Source: Candidatus Hodarchaeota archaeon
GTDB lineage: Archaea > Asgardarchaeota > Heimdallarchaeia > Hodarchaeales > Hodarchaeaceae
Length of the DNA: 64,000 nucleotides
Direction of reading: 5' to 3'
Assembly (NCBI GenBank): GCA_016839815.1
Contig: JAEOTM010000032.1
Span: 1-64,000 of the forward strand
Made by a program: the position numbers and the translations under genes. Below the pieces are notes generated by a model. That model was not told the DNA's origin. It made no database searches and saw only the letters and a list, made by a program, of their open reading frames with translations. Numbering within the stretch: position 1 is the first letter of the stretch; each line of letters begins with the position of its first letter. This document shows positions 47,872 through 56,662 of the stretch, piece after piece.

Positions 47872-48642
47872 ATGTCCCCTTTAACCGAATTTAAAGCCGT
47901 GAAAGCATTTTTCATCTTTGAAAAAGATCAAGGCACTACATTATTCACCCGATCCTATGAACGGAGTTCAACTGCACCCGATGCTCATCTTGTTGTCGCA
48001 TTCTTAACAGCTATGTTTTCTTTTGCAAAAACAACATCACTTAGTGACTTAAGAGTTGTGGATATGACCGATATTCGATTCTCATTTATTGAAAAAAATA
48101 GATTAATCTTCGCAGTTCTAGTCTCCCCTCTTGTTTCACCTCTAGATATTCAGTTCAAGCTATCCACTATAGCGAGCTTGTTTTTCTCGGATTATGGAAA
48201 TGAGCTAGATTCAATTGATATTGTTGACACAGAAATGTTTGATGATTTCAATGACTCAGTTGATGAGATTTTTGGTGGAGAGACACGCCAAATGCTTAAA
48301 TCATCGAAAAATGCAGCTCTATTCTACTTGAAGAAATTAGTATCCAAAGAAGAGACAGGAGCTCGAGGTGCGATGATTTTATCTTTTACAGGTGATATTC
48401 TCCTTGAATATAAAATGGATCAGCCCCGAATGGCTGCTGCTATTCGTATTTTGAACGTAGGAACCTATATGACCAATCTTCGATACTTAGTTGTTGCTTC
48501 TGAGTCAACTCACCTTGTTGCATATAAAATCAGTGAGGGATTACTACTTGCAGTTGATGGCCACCCATCATACGGTCTTGAGGATCTAGTAGTGAATGTT
48601 TCCGAAACGGTGAAGCAAATAAAGGAAATTATTCCCCATTAA
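47872..48642 (+). CDS. Longin plus roadblock-like two-domain protein
   Basis: FFIFEKDQGTTLF..LVVAFLTAMFSFA..LRVVDM..F..DY..F..F (longin); GARGAMILSFTGDIL..HLVAYKI..LLLAV (roadblock-like). Confidence 0.75.
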   Translation: MSPLTEFKAVKAFFIFEKDQGTTLFTRSYERSSTAPDAHLVVAFLTAMFSFAKTTSLSDLRVVDMTDIRFSFIEKNRLIFAVLVSPLVSPLDIQFKLSTIASLFFSDYGNELDSIDIVDTEMFDDFNDSVDEIFGGETRQMLKSSKNAALFYLKKLVSKEETGARGAMILSFTGDILLEYKMDQPRMAAAIRILNVGTYMTNLRYLVVASESTHLVAYKISEGLLLAVDGHPSYGLEDLVVNVSETVKQIKEIIPH

Positions 48643-48761
48643 CTGGTTTACGGTCAGTTTTAAAATGTTCTCATGTGGAAAGCTTTTTTATCTGGAAAGA
48701 TCCAACAAAAGCAATTTATTTCGACTTCATAGATTTATTGTTTAATTAAGGAGGAAATTTA

Positions 48762-49502
48762 ATGAAGAAAAAATTGCTTAACTTTTTACTGGTTTTTCTT
48801 GTCTTATTGACATTCAGCAACATGGAAATTGTTGCTGCACCTGAAACAACTATGGTTGCAACAACAGTCATAGATGAACCGATCCCAGGGATGGATCCCA
48901 ATCTTGAATGGAAAGTGTCTGTAGGTGATGTGAAGACCTTTACCTACACAAAAACCTATGATCTATACGATTTCGACGAGGACGGGAATCCAAATACTCA
49001 GAGAATGTACGTTGAAACAGAAAATGGAACTGAAATAGAAATAACAATTAAAGCTGGTTCAACACTCTCCTGTGAAATATTAGCTTTGGATGACTACGCA
49101 ACCATTCAGATCACAATTAATGGAGTAAAACTAGATCCCTCGGAAGGTGGAGGGGGTGGCATAGTGATGAAAACCACTGATAATAAAACTTATTGGGAGA
49201 CATATGCTAGTCAGGCATCGAATGAATACCAAAATGTTTCGGTAGAAGGTAATTTTGTGGTTTATAGTTCAGTTGAAGAATGGTCTGACGGAACTTACGA
49301 ATACAGATCTAAATTCAACTGGAGAACTGGGTGGCTTGAATCTATATATAACAAAGAAACAAATAGCACACATCTACTTAGAGAAATGGAAATATCCTCG
49401 GGAGGATATCCTGGCCTAACTCCAGGTTTTGAAATTTCCCCCCTGTATGCCTTTCTAATTATATTACCTGCCTATTCCTTAAGAAAACGAAAAAGGAAAT
49501 AA
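48762..49502 (+). CDS. Secreted surface protein with DxDxDG loop and PGF-type C-terminal sorting signal (copy 1)
   Basis: GGAGG Shine-Dalgarno, signal peptide, DFDEDG, TPGFE-TM-RKRKRK. Confidence 0.85.
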   Translation: MKKKLLNFLLVFLVLLTFSNMEIVAAPETTMVATTVIDEPIPGMDPNLEWKVSVGDVKTFTYTKTYDLYDFDEDGNPNTQRMYVETENGTEIEITIKAGSTLSCEILALDDYATIQITINGVKLDPSEGGGGGIVMKTTDNKTYWETYASQASNEYQNVSVEGNFVVYSSVEEWSDGTYEYRSKFNWRTGWLESIYNKETNSTHLLREMEISSGGYPGLTPGFEISPLYAFLIILPAYSLRKRKRK

Positions 49503-49542
49503 TCTCTCCATAATATGAAAAAGTAAACAAAATTCTCAACCT

Positions 49543-49617
49543 TCATACGGTCTTGAGGATCTTGTAGAAAATGCTTCCGAAACAACGAAGCAAATAAAGG
49601 AAATCATACCCCATTAA
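49543..49617 (+). pseudogene. Relic 3' end of the longin-roadblock gene carried by the duplication
   Basis: 66/75 nt identical by hand alignment to 48568-48642; reads SYGLEDLVENASETTKQIKEIIPH* with no start codon. Confidence 0.85.
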
Positions 49618-49735
49618 TTAGTATGCATTCAATTTTGATGAGTTCACCTGTGGAAAGTTTTTTTTAGCTAAGAAGTCCTATCGAAACCGATTCATTTGCC
49701 TTCGTAATTTAATTAGTTATGTAGGAGGATTTGTA

Positions 49736-50473
49736 ATGAAAAAGACAATTATTTACACCTCATTATTTATTTTAGTCTTATTGAAATTAAGTACCATTAA
49801 TCTTGCAGTTGCATCGGTAGAAATAACTGATCAGTCTATTTTTGAGCCAAATCTGGAATGGAAAGTATCCGTAGGTGATGTAAAACAATTTACATACAGA
49901 AAAGTCTATGACTTGTATGACAGTGACGAAGATGGGAATCCAAATACCCAGAGGATGTATGCTGAGCTTGAAAACGGAACTGAAACTGAAATCACCATAA
50001 CTTCTGGATCAACCCTATCTTGTGAAATCTTAGCATTGGATGAGTATGCAACAATACAGATCACAATCAACGGAATTGAGTTGGATCCCCAAGAAGGAGG
50101 TGGGGGTGTACTGATGAAAACTACTGATAATAAAACCTACTGGGAGGAAATTGCTAGCCAAATCTCTGATGAACACCAAAATGTTTCTGTAGAAGGAAAT
50201 CTATTGGTTCACCGATCAAAAGACAGTTGGTCTGACAAGACTTTTGTAGGGATTACGAAAACGAATTGGAAAACTGGTTGGCTTGAATATGTGTACAGTA
50301 AGGAAACAAATAGCACACATATTCTTAGAGAAATGGAAATAACCACAGGAGGAACCCCAGGACTTATTCCAGGATTCGAAATTGCACCCCTCTATGTTCC
50401 ATTAATAGTATTGGCTACTTTATTTTTGAGAAAACGGAATAGGAAAGACTTCACATGTAATATGAAAAAGTAA
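49736..50473 (+). CDS. Secreted surface protein with DxDxDG loop and PGF-type C-terminal sorting signal (copy 2)
   Basis: GGAGG Shine-Dalgarno, signal peptide, DSDEDG, IPGFE-TM-RKRNRK. Confidence 0.85.
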   Translation: MKKTIIYTSLFILVLLKLSTINLAVASVEITDQSIFEPNLEWKVSVGDVKQFTYRKVYDLYDSDEDGNPNTQRMYAELENGTETEITITSGSTLSCEILALDEYATIQITINGIELDPQEGGGGVLMKTTDNKTYWEEIASQISDEHQNVSVEGNLLVHRSKDSWSDKTFVGITKTNWKTGWLEYVYSKETNSTHILREMEITTGGTPGLIPGFEIAPLYVPLIVLATLFLRKRNRKDFTCNMKK

Positions 50474-50573
50474 ACAAAACCCTCAAGAAATCGGATCAAT
50501 AGTCATTTATTTGAAGTAAACTCAGAGTTCTTAGTTAAATATTAAGATTAATTTATTTAATGAGTGTATTCAG

Positions 50574-51050
50574 ATGTCAAACGCGTCATTTTTTCTACAA
50601 CCTCCATTTAGCGAATTTCCCTTCAAAACTTTCCCCCAAGTAATAGACAAATTAGAATATCTTGGTCGAGATGAGGAGCAGACACCTTATGAAATTTCTC
50701 CAGGTACTGACCTTTGTATCAGTGATACTTATTATTCCTTGGGCTTTTTAACTTATTTACATTCCTATGGGAAAGTAGTCTCCAAAAATGGGGAATGGTT
50801 TCTAGGTCCCAAGGGAAATCCTGACTCTGATAAACCGTATAGGTTCGCTCTCATATCTGATGCCGCGCTAATTCTTGAACAACTATTTGAAGGTTCCAAA
50901 AATGTACAAGAACTTGATAAAAAGTTATCTGATCTTTCTTCTGAAGAAATAACCACCTATCTTAGCATTCTTTCCTTAATTACTCAGAAAGGGAAAGTGA
51001 CTCAAGAGGCAAAGGGATGGGATGCATCTTATGTGCTTAAAGATTGGTAG
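50574..51050 (+). CDS. Hypothetical protein, probably two tandem winged-helix repeats
   Basis: LGFLTYLHSYGKVV..W and LSILSLITQKGKVT..W repeats. Confidence 0.6.
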   Translation: MSNASFFLQPPFSEFPFKTFPQVIDKLEYLGRDEEQTPYEISPGTDLCISDTYYSLGFLTYLHSYGKVVSKNGEWFLGPKGNPDSDKPYRFALISDAALILEQLFEGSKNVQELDKKLSDLSSEEITTYLSILSLITQKGKVTQEAKGWDASYVLKDW

Positions 51051-51157
51051 GTTTTCCTAGCAATATTTACAAGAAACATAATTTAGCTGTTTCTACGAAT
51101 ACCTACTCCTTCTACTTGGAACAAATTCATGTCCGATAGTCGAAATGAGGCGTTAGC

Positions 51158-52225
51158 ATGGCTAATTATGATTTAGAAAAAATAAAAAAGACCCAACGTG
51201 AATTATCCGAACTGATTGGCGTTTCAGGATTCGAGGCACCTGTAGTAAACTATGTAAAAGCTGAAATAGAGAAATTTGTTGATAAAGTATGGGTTGATCC
51301 TTTAGGATCATTACTAGCAATAAAAAAAGGAGAAAACCCTTCAGAGAAGCTTCTTCTTGATGCCCATGTTGATGAAATCGGTTTTATGATCAATTACATA
51401 GATCCCAAGGGATTCTTACGCTTTGTGCCAATCGGTGGATGGGATAATCGCATTTTACTTGGTCAATCCGTTAAAATAATTGGGAAAGATAATAAAATTT
51501 ATGACGGAATAACAGGATCTAAACCCCCACATTTAACAACGCAAAAAGAACGTCAAACAGCAGTTAAAGTTTCGGATATGTATATTGATACTGGAATGTC
51601 ATCCGAACAGATTATTGAAGCAGGGATTCATATCGGCTCTGTAGGAACATTATATGATCCATTTGTAGAATTTCCGAACGGTATGATCAGAGGTAAAGCC
51701 TTTGATGATAGAACTGGTGTAAATGTATTAATCCAAATAATTCGGGAGTTTTCACAAACTAGCCACATCGATGATCTTTTCTTCAGTTTTACAATGGGAG
51801 AAGAAGTAGGAGGAAGAGGAGCTGGTCCAGCTGCTTTTTCTCTTGATCCAACAATGGCTGTAGCCATTGAAAATACAACAGCTGCCGATGTTCCAGGAAT
51901 TCGCGATTCAGAGTGCCCAGCATACATTGGTCGAGGCCCCGCAATCTCTGTTGCAGATCGGTCAATGATCGCTCATCCTAGGGTAAATGAACGGTTAATT
52001 CAAAATGCAGAGTATGAAAATATCCCGTATCACATGAAAAAGCCCATTTTTGGCGGTACAAATGCCGGTATCATTCATAAATCACGAGCAGGAATTCCTT
52101 CCTCGGTTGTTTCTGTCCCATGTCGATACATTCACTCACCAACTTCCTTATTATCTTTGAAAGACATTTATCATACAGTACAATTAATTTCGGCATTTAT
52201 TAGAAACCCTAGCCTAGCTAGATAA
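51158..52225 (+). CDS. M42 family (TET-like) aminopeptidase
   Basis: GVSGFE, AHVDEIG, KAFDDRTG, EEVG, GGTNAG, PCRYIHSP. Confidence 0.93.
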   Translation: MANYDLEKIKKTQRELSELIGVSGFEAPVVNYVKAEIEKFVDKVWVDPLGSLLAIKKGENPSEKLLLDAHVDEIGFMINYIDPKGFLRFVPIGGWDNRILLGQSVKIIGKDNKIYDGITGSKPPHLTTQKERQTAVKVSDMYIDTGMSSEQIIEAGIHIGSVGTLYDPFVEFPNGMIRGKAFDDRTGVNVLIQIIREFSQTSHIDDLFFSFTMGEEVGGRGAGPAAFSLDPTMAVAIENTTAADVPGIRDSECPAYIGRGPAISVADRSMIAHPRVNERLIQNAEYENIPYHMKKPIFGGTNAGIIHKSRAGIPSSVVSVPCRYIHSPTSLLSLKDIYHTVQLISAFIRNPSLAR

Positions 52226-52328
52226 ACAGATTAAGTTGATTAAAGGCATTAGCGAGAGTTTAATAAGATGCATAGGATCATAAATAGAAGAATCCAAGTA
52301 ATTTGGCAGTGAAAGGAGACTAAGGAGA

Positions 52329-54695
52329 TTGACTGAAGAATCAGTAATTTGGGATTTAAAGGATATTAAAAGTAAAGATACTGAAGTAAAGTGGACGGCT
52401 GTAAACAATCTTAGTAAGTTCCTCCAGAATAACCCAGAGAATTTTCGCACCCGGATGATCATTAAATCGTTCCTTACATTGATTAATGATCCACATGAAG
52501 GCATCCGAGAAGCAATTTATGCAACCTTAATCAAGAATCTCCAACCGAGTCAACTTGAAGGACTTATCAAACGAGGAATAGTGGATTCCAGTCCTAGCAT
52601 ACGCTCTATTAGTTTAGAATGGTTGAATTCCACGAATCATACTTCTGTCACTTCTCAAGCGGTCTCATCTCTGCAAGATCCAAGTGAAGCTGTCCGCAAG
52701 ATAGCACTCGATATTGTAGTTGCCAGAAATATTAGAGGGGTTGAGCAGAGGTTATTAGAACTACTTAAAAAGGAAAAAGGAGGCTTACGACGTACTGTTA
52801 TTTACGCGTTAGGAAAGATAAAAACCGCTACTGCAGTTGGCACTCTTATTGAAATAATGAGGGATCCAGAATTTGATGATTGGACTAGAAATCAAGCTAG
52901 TTCCGCATTAGAGCATTTAGGAGGGAAAGATTTAGTAATTCCTTTTCTTGAAAATTTAATTGATGATAATGATTATGTCCGACAAACTGCTGCAGCTTTT
53001 CTTAAGAAAAATGAAAGTGATGTCACCTCAGTAGTTTTAACAGAAGGAAAACTTGAATATGTAGCGCTTCTCCAATATGCTACTTCAACTACAAAACAGG
53101 ATTTTGGTGGTACAATTAATACCCTTATTAATCAAATGACTGAAATCATTCTTTCGTATTCTATGCAGCTACAAAATCGGGATAAATTCTCATTAACAGA
53201 ACTATCAGAAGAATGGGGAGCCTCCTCCATCGCCGCAGAAATTATGCTGAAAAATTTTATCGATCTGAGGTTTTTTCCACAACCTGGAGGCATTTATTAT
53301 ACCGATAAAGGATTAAAAGCTCTCCTTATAGAGAAATTTAATGAGAAAAACTCTCTCATATTGACTGATATTAATGAAGAATCACCATTTAATGAAATTG
53401 ACATCGAGGTAATAAAAGAATTACTGAGTACTCTTACTGGATTAAAGTGTGTTTTTTCTGATTTATATGTCCACGAACAAACCTTTAGTGAAATATCAGA
53501 GAAATTTACGATAAACGGACTCCTACCTTTGAAAGAAATAAGTACGTCACTTAAACAACCCTTAGAACTGGTCACTCTGGAATTTACCCAAGCATTTATT
53601 TCAACTGACGAAGGTTGGGTAAATTCCCAAGGTGAATATCTTACGTACAAGTTTATTAGCCAAAAAGCGAAAGATTTCCTTATAGAAAACCAAATAATTA
53701 ATTTAAAAGTGTTTTTGGCTAGCTTAGGAGATCCAAATATTGATATATCAGTCTTAAAACCAATTATTGAGAGTCATTCACCAGGTAAGTGGCTAGATGA
53801 CATCCAAGTATATATCACTCAGGAAGAATTCAATGAAATTGAAGAAAATTCCATCAGAATTGATGAAGATCGAGTAAAACATTTACTAGATCCAATAAAT
53901 ATGAACTTCCCACAGTTTCTCGAAAGTCTACAGAAAGTATTGGAAATTAGTACCTACCAATCTTCAGAGGGCCAATTAATTTCTCTAGAAAGTCTCTATC
54001 CTCTCATTAATCAGGAAATTGATGAAAAACAACATATCTCACTGGAGGAATTTCTCAAGAACAATGCTCTAGATTCCAGTGTAAAATCTGTGATATTGAA
54101 TTATATTAATCAGAATTATCAGGGGAGAGTTGATGAAAGTGCCCAATATTTCTTTACACACAATATATTAAATGATGTGAAAAAAGAATTTCAAAACCAA
54201 ACAAGAATTAATTATTCTGTTCTTGGATTCAAACTTAATATACAAATCGATATTTTGCAGAAGATTATTCAGGATATTCTAAAAATCTCCGGAATCCACA
54301 ACAATCTTGGTGAATTAATTACACTGGAAGGAGTTAAAAATGAGTACAGGCAAATTATTGCTCATAAAGCTGAATTTCCGATATTAACTCTACTCGAAAT
54401 CCTTGAGGTGATTGATAATCAAAAAGCAATTAATGTTATTGAAGACCAAATAAAATCTGATCCTGCTCTCTACTTATCAGTTAATGGAGATCAAGTATGG
54501 ACTCATCGTCGGGCAATCGAAATTGTGAATAGATTTGTGAAAAGCCCTCAAAGCTTAACAAAAAAGGCGATTTCTTTTTCTGATATAAGTCAAGAAACGA
54601 AAGTGTCTCAACCTGACATAGTTACTATTCTCAATACACTTGTAGACAAGAAACTTTTATCTGGAAGAGTTGAGAAGAAGAAATACGTTCAATAA
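52329..54695 (+). CDS. HEAT-repeat protein with C-terminal array of PCI/UFL1-like winged-helix repeats
   Basis: HEAT motifs DPHEGIRE, DSSPSIRS, DPSEAVRK, DDNDYVRQ; then about 8 repeats of ~55-60 aa ending ISFSDISQETKV..LVDKKLLSGRV. AAGGAG before the TTG start. Confidence 0.78.
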   Translation: MTEESVIWDLKDIKSKDTEVKWTAVNNLSKFLQNNPENFRTRMIIKSFLTLINDPHEGIREAIYATLIKNLQPSQLEGLIKRGIVDSSPSIRSISLEWLNSTNHTSVTSQAVSSLQDPSEAVRKIALDIVVARNIRGVEQRLLELLKKEKGGLRRTVIYALGKIKTATAVGTLIEIMRDPEFDDWTRNQASSALEHLGGKDLVIPFLENLIDDNDYVRQTAAAFLKKNESDVTSVVLTEGKLEYVALLQYATSTTKQDFGGTINTLINQMTEIILSYSMQLQNRDKFSLTELSEEWGASSIAAEIMLKNFIDLRFFPQPGGIYYTDKGLKALLIEKFNEKNSLILTDINEESPFNEIDIEVIKELLSTLTGLKCVFSDLYVHEQTFSEISEKFTINGLLPLKEISTSLKQPLELVTLEFTQAFISTDEGWVNSQGEYLTYKFISQKAKDFLIENQIINLKVFLASLGDPNIDISVLKPIIESHSPGKWLDDIQVYITQEEFNEIEENSIRIDEDRVKHLLDPINMNFPQFLESLQKVLEISTYQSSEGQLISLESLYPLINQEIDEKQHISLEEFLKNNALDSSVKSVILNYINQNYQGRVDESAQYFFTHNILNDVKKEFQNQTRINYSVLGFKLNIQIDILQKIIQDILKISGIHNNLGELITLEGVKNEYRQIIAHKAEFPILTLLEILEVIDNQKAINVIEDQIKSDPALYLSVNGDQVWTHRRAIEIVNRFVKSPQSLTKKAISFSDISQETKVSQPDIVTILNTLVDKKLLSGRVEKKKYVQ

Positions 54696-54721
54696 CATGC
54701 AATCTTAGGACATACATAGAA

Positions 54722-55441
54722 ATGAGTCAACCTCTAAGCATAATAGTAGACCATAGAGAGCCTCCAGAAATTAAAAGAAGGTTGATTAAACTAGGTATGG
54801 AGATTAAGGAAGAACAACTGGATGTTGCCGATTATGTCTTATCTGATACCGTAGCTGTTGAAAGAAAGACAGGTGCAGATCTTATTTCATCTATCACAGA
54901 TAATCGGTTATTTGAACAAATAGATCGATTAATAGCAACTTATGAACAACCAATTCTAATTTTAGAGAATTTAGAAACAGCTTTTGAACGAACAGAATGG
55001 AAAAAACGTAAAAAACACGTTTTTGGAGCTTTAACCTATATATTTCTCCGAAGACAAGTACCAACTGTACCAACGACACGAAAAAGTGAAACAGCTATTC
55101 TACTAAATCGAATAGCCTCATGGACTCAAGAAGAAAAATCTGATCCCTTAATAGCAAGAAAATCACCTAAAAAACGTTCTCTGAGAGATGACCAACTCTT
55201 CTTTCTTCAAGGATTGTATAATACAGGGCAGAAAAAAGGGGAAATACTACTTGACTCCTTTGGTAATAGCCCAGAGAATGTGTTAAACTCAATTTTACAA
55301 ACAGAGGTAGTCTACACAAAAACAGGAAATCCAAAAGGACTCGAAGGGCCAATGAAAGCACTAGAAGGATTTGGCCCAAAGTATGTGATGAGTAACCAAC
55401 GACTACTTCGATCCTCAGAGACTCAAAACTCAAGAAAATAG
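54722..55441 (+). CDS. Short-form XPF/ERCC4 structure-specific endonuclease
   Basis: IIVDHRE, LDVADY, AVERKT..DL..S..D.RLFEQ; HhH-like C-terminal region; no helicase domain. Confidence 0.9.
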   Translation: MSQPLSIIVDHREPPEIKRRLIKLGMEIKEEQLDVADYVLSDTVAVERKTGADLISSITDNRLFEQIDRLIATYEQPILILENLETAFERTEWKKRKKHVFGALTYIFLRRQVPTVPTTRKSETAILLNRIASWTQEEKSDPLIARKSPKKRSLRDDQLFFLQGLYNTGQKKGEILLDSFGNSPENVLNSILQTEVVYTKTGNPKGLEGPMKALEGFGPKYVMSNQRLLRSSETQNSRK

Positions 55442-55457
55442 TCATTTTCTTTCATAA

Positions 55458-55721
55458 TCAGTGCCAAAAGTACTGAATAGAATCAATTTTAGTGTTTAAA
55501 TCAGTATATTCCTGATTTGCTTCACGAATAACACTTATAACACATTCTAACGGTTGTTTTATTCTACAAATAGGTAACCATGGGCATTCCAACTCACAAA
55601 ATGGAAACGGAATGATTTTCATTCTTTTTCGAAGCTGTCTCAATTCATCTGTAAGAAGCTTACGAGTCGTACTATGTAGCTCATTTATTCCACCAGAATC
55701 AAGATTAAAATCGGAATGCAT
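55458..55721 (-). CDS. Small hypothetical protein with Cys cluster
   Basis: FCELECPWLPIC..C; downstream of panB on the same strand. Confidence 0.5.
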   Translation of the reverse strand: MHSDFNLDSGGINELHSTTRKLLTDELRQLRKRMKIIPFPFCELECPWLPICRIKQPLECVISVIREANQEYTDLNTKIDSIQYFWH

Positions 55722-55846
55722 TTCAGAGTCAATACAGTAGAGACAACTAGGATTTATAAAAACTTCTATGGCCTTTAAATAGGATTTACCAGAGAGAGAA
55801 CATCGAAAATGACGAAAATGAAACCGTCGTTGAATAGATGATATGT

Positions 55847-56653
55847 TTACTTTGGCATTTCATAGCTATAACTAAGATCAGGAAATGATTCTTCTCGTAC
55901 CTCACGATTATATTCCTGAACTGCAGATAAAATATGCTTTTTGAGATCCGCATATCTCTTCACAAATTTTGCTTTAAAATCAAAATAACCCAACATGTCA
56001 TATGTTACTAGAACCTGACCTGAACAATGTGGGCCAGCACCAATTCCAATTGTTGGAATTGAGACCGCTTCAGTTATATTCTTAGCTACTTCCCACGGGA
56101 TAGCTTCTAATACCAGAGAGAAGATACCAGCTTCTTCTAAAACCCGAGCTTCTTCTATTAATTTCTTTGCTGTTTCCTCTGATCTACCTTGTACCTTGAA
56201 GCCACCAAATTTGTGAATTGATTGAGGGGTTAAGCCTAAGTGTCCCATCACAGGAATTCCTGCATCTAAAATTCCCTCTATTGCTGAAATACGCTCACTT
56301 CCTCCTTCTAGCTTAATAGCTTCTGCATTTCCTAATTGAATCAATTTTATTGAATTTCTAATCGCTTCTTCACGAGAGACCTGGAATGTGCCAAAGGGTA
56401 GATCCCCAACTACCATAGCGGATTTGGCACCCCTAGCTACAGCCTGTGTGTGTCTAATAGAATCCTCTAATGTGACACGAAGAGTAGTTTTTTGACCATA
56501 AACCACCATTCCCATAGTATCTCCTACTAGAAGAATGTCAGTTCCAGCTTCATCAAGAATTGAAGCCATTACATAATCATACGCCGTTAACATCGTGATC
56601 TTCTGATTTGAATCATATAATTCCATAATATCTAATACTGTTTTCTTTTTCAA
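55847..56653 (-). CDS. panB: 3-methyl-2-oxobutanoate hydroxymethyltransferase
   Basis: MLTAYD, LVGD, DLPF, KLEGG, GHLGLTPQ, IGIGAG, GQVLV. Confidence 0.96.
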   Translation of the reverse strand: MKKKTVLDIMELYDSNQKITMLTAYDYVMASILDEAGTDILLVGDTMGMVVYGQKTTLRVTLEDSIRHTQAVARGAKSAMVVGDLPFGTFQVSREEAIRNSIKLIQLGNAEAIKLEGGSERISAIEGILDAGIPVMGHLGLTPQSIHKFGGFKVQGRSEETAKKLIEEARVLEEAGIFSLVLEAIPWEVAKNITEAVSIPTIGIGAGPHCSGQVLVTYDMLGYFDFKAKFVKRYADLKKHILSAVQEYNREVREESFPDLSYSYEMPK

Positions 56654-56662
56654 TCTTTCACC

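Larger units (their letters stand above)
48568..50486 (+). repeat. Diverged tandem duplication of ~975 bp (units ~48568-49540 and ~49543-50486)
   Basis: Both units start TCATACGGTCTTGAGGATCT and end TAATATGAAAAAGTAAACAAAAxxCTCAA; each carries one surface-protein paralog. Confidence 0.9.
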
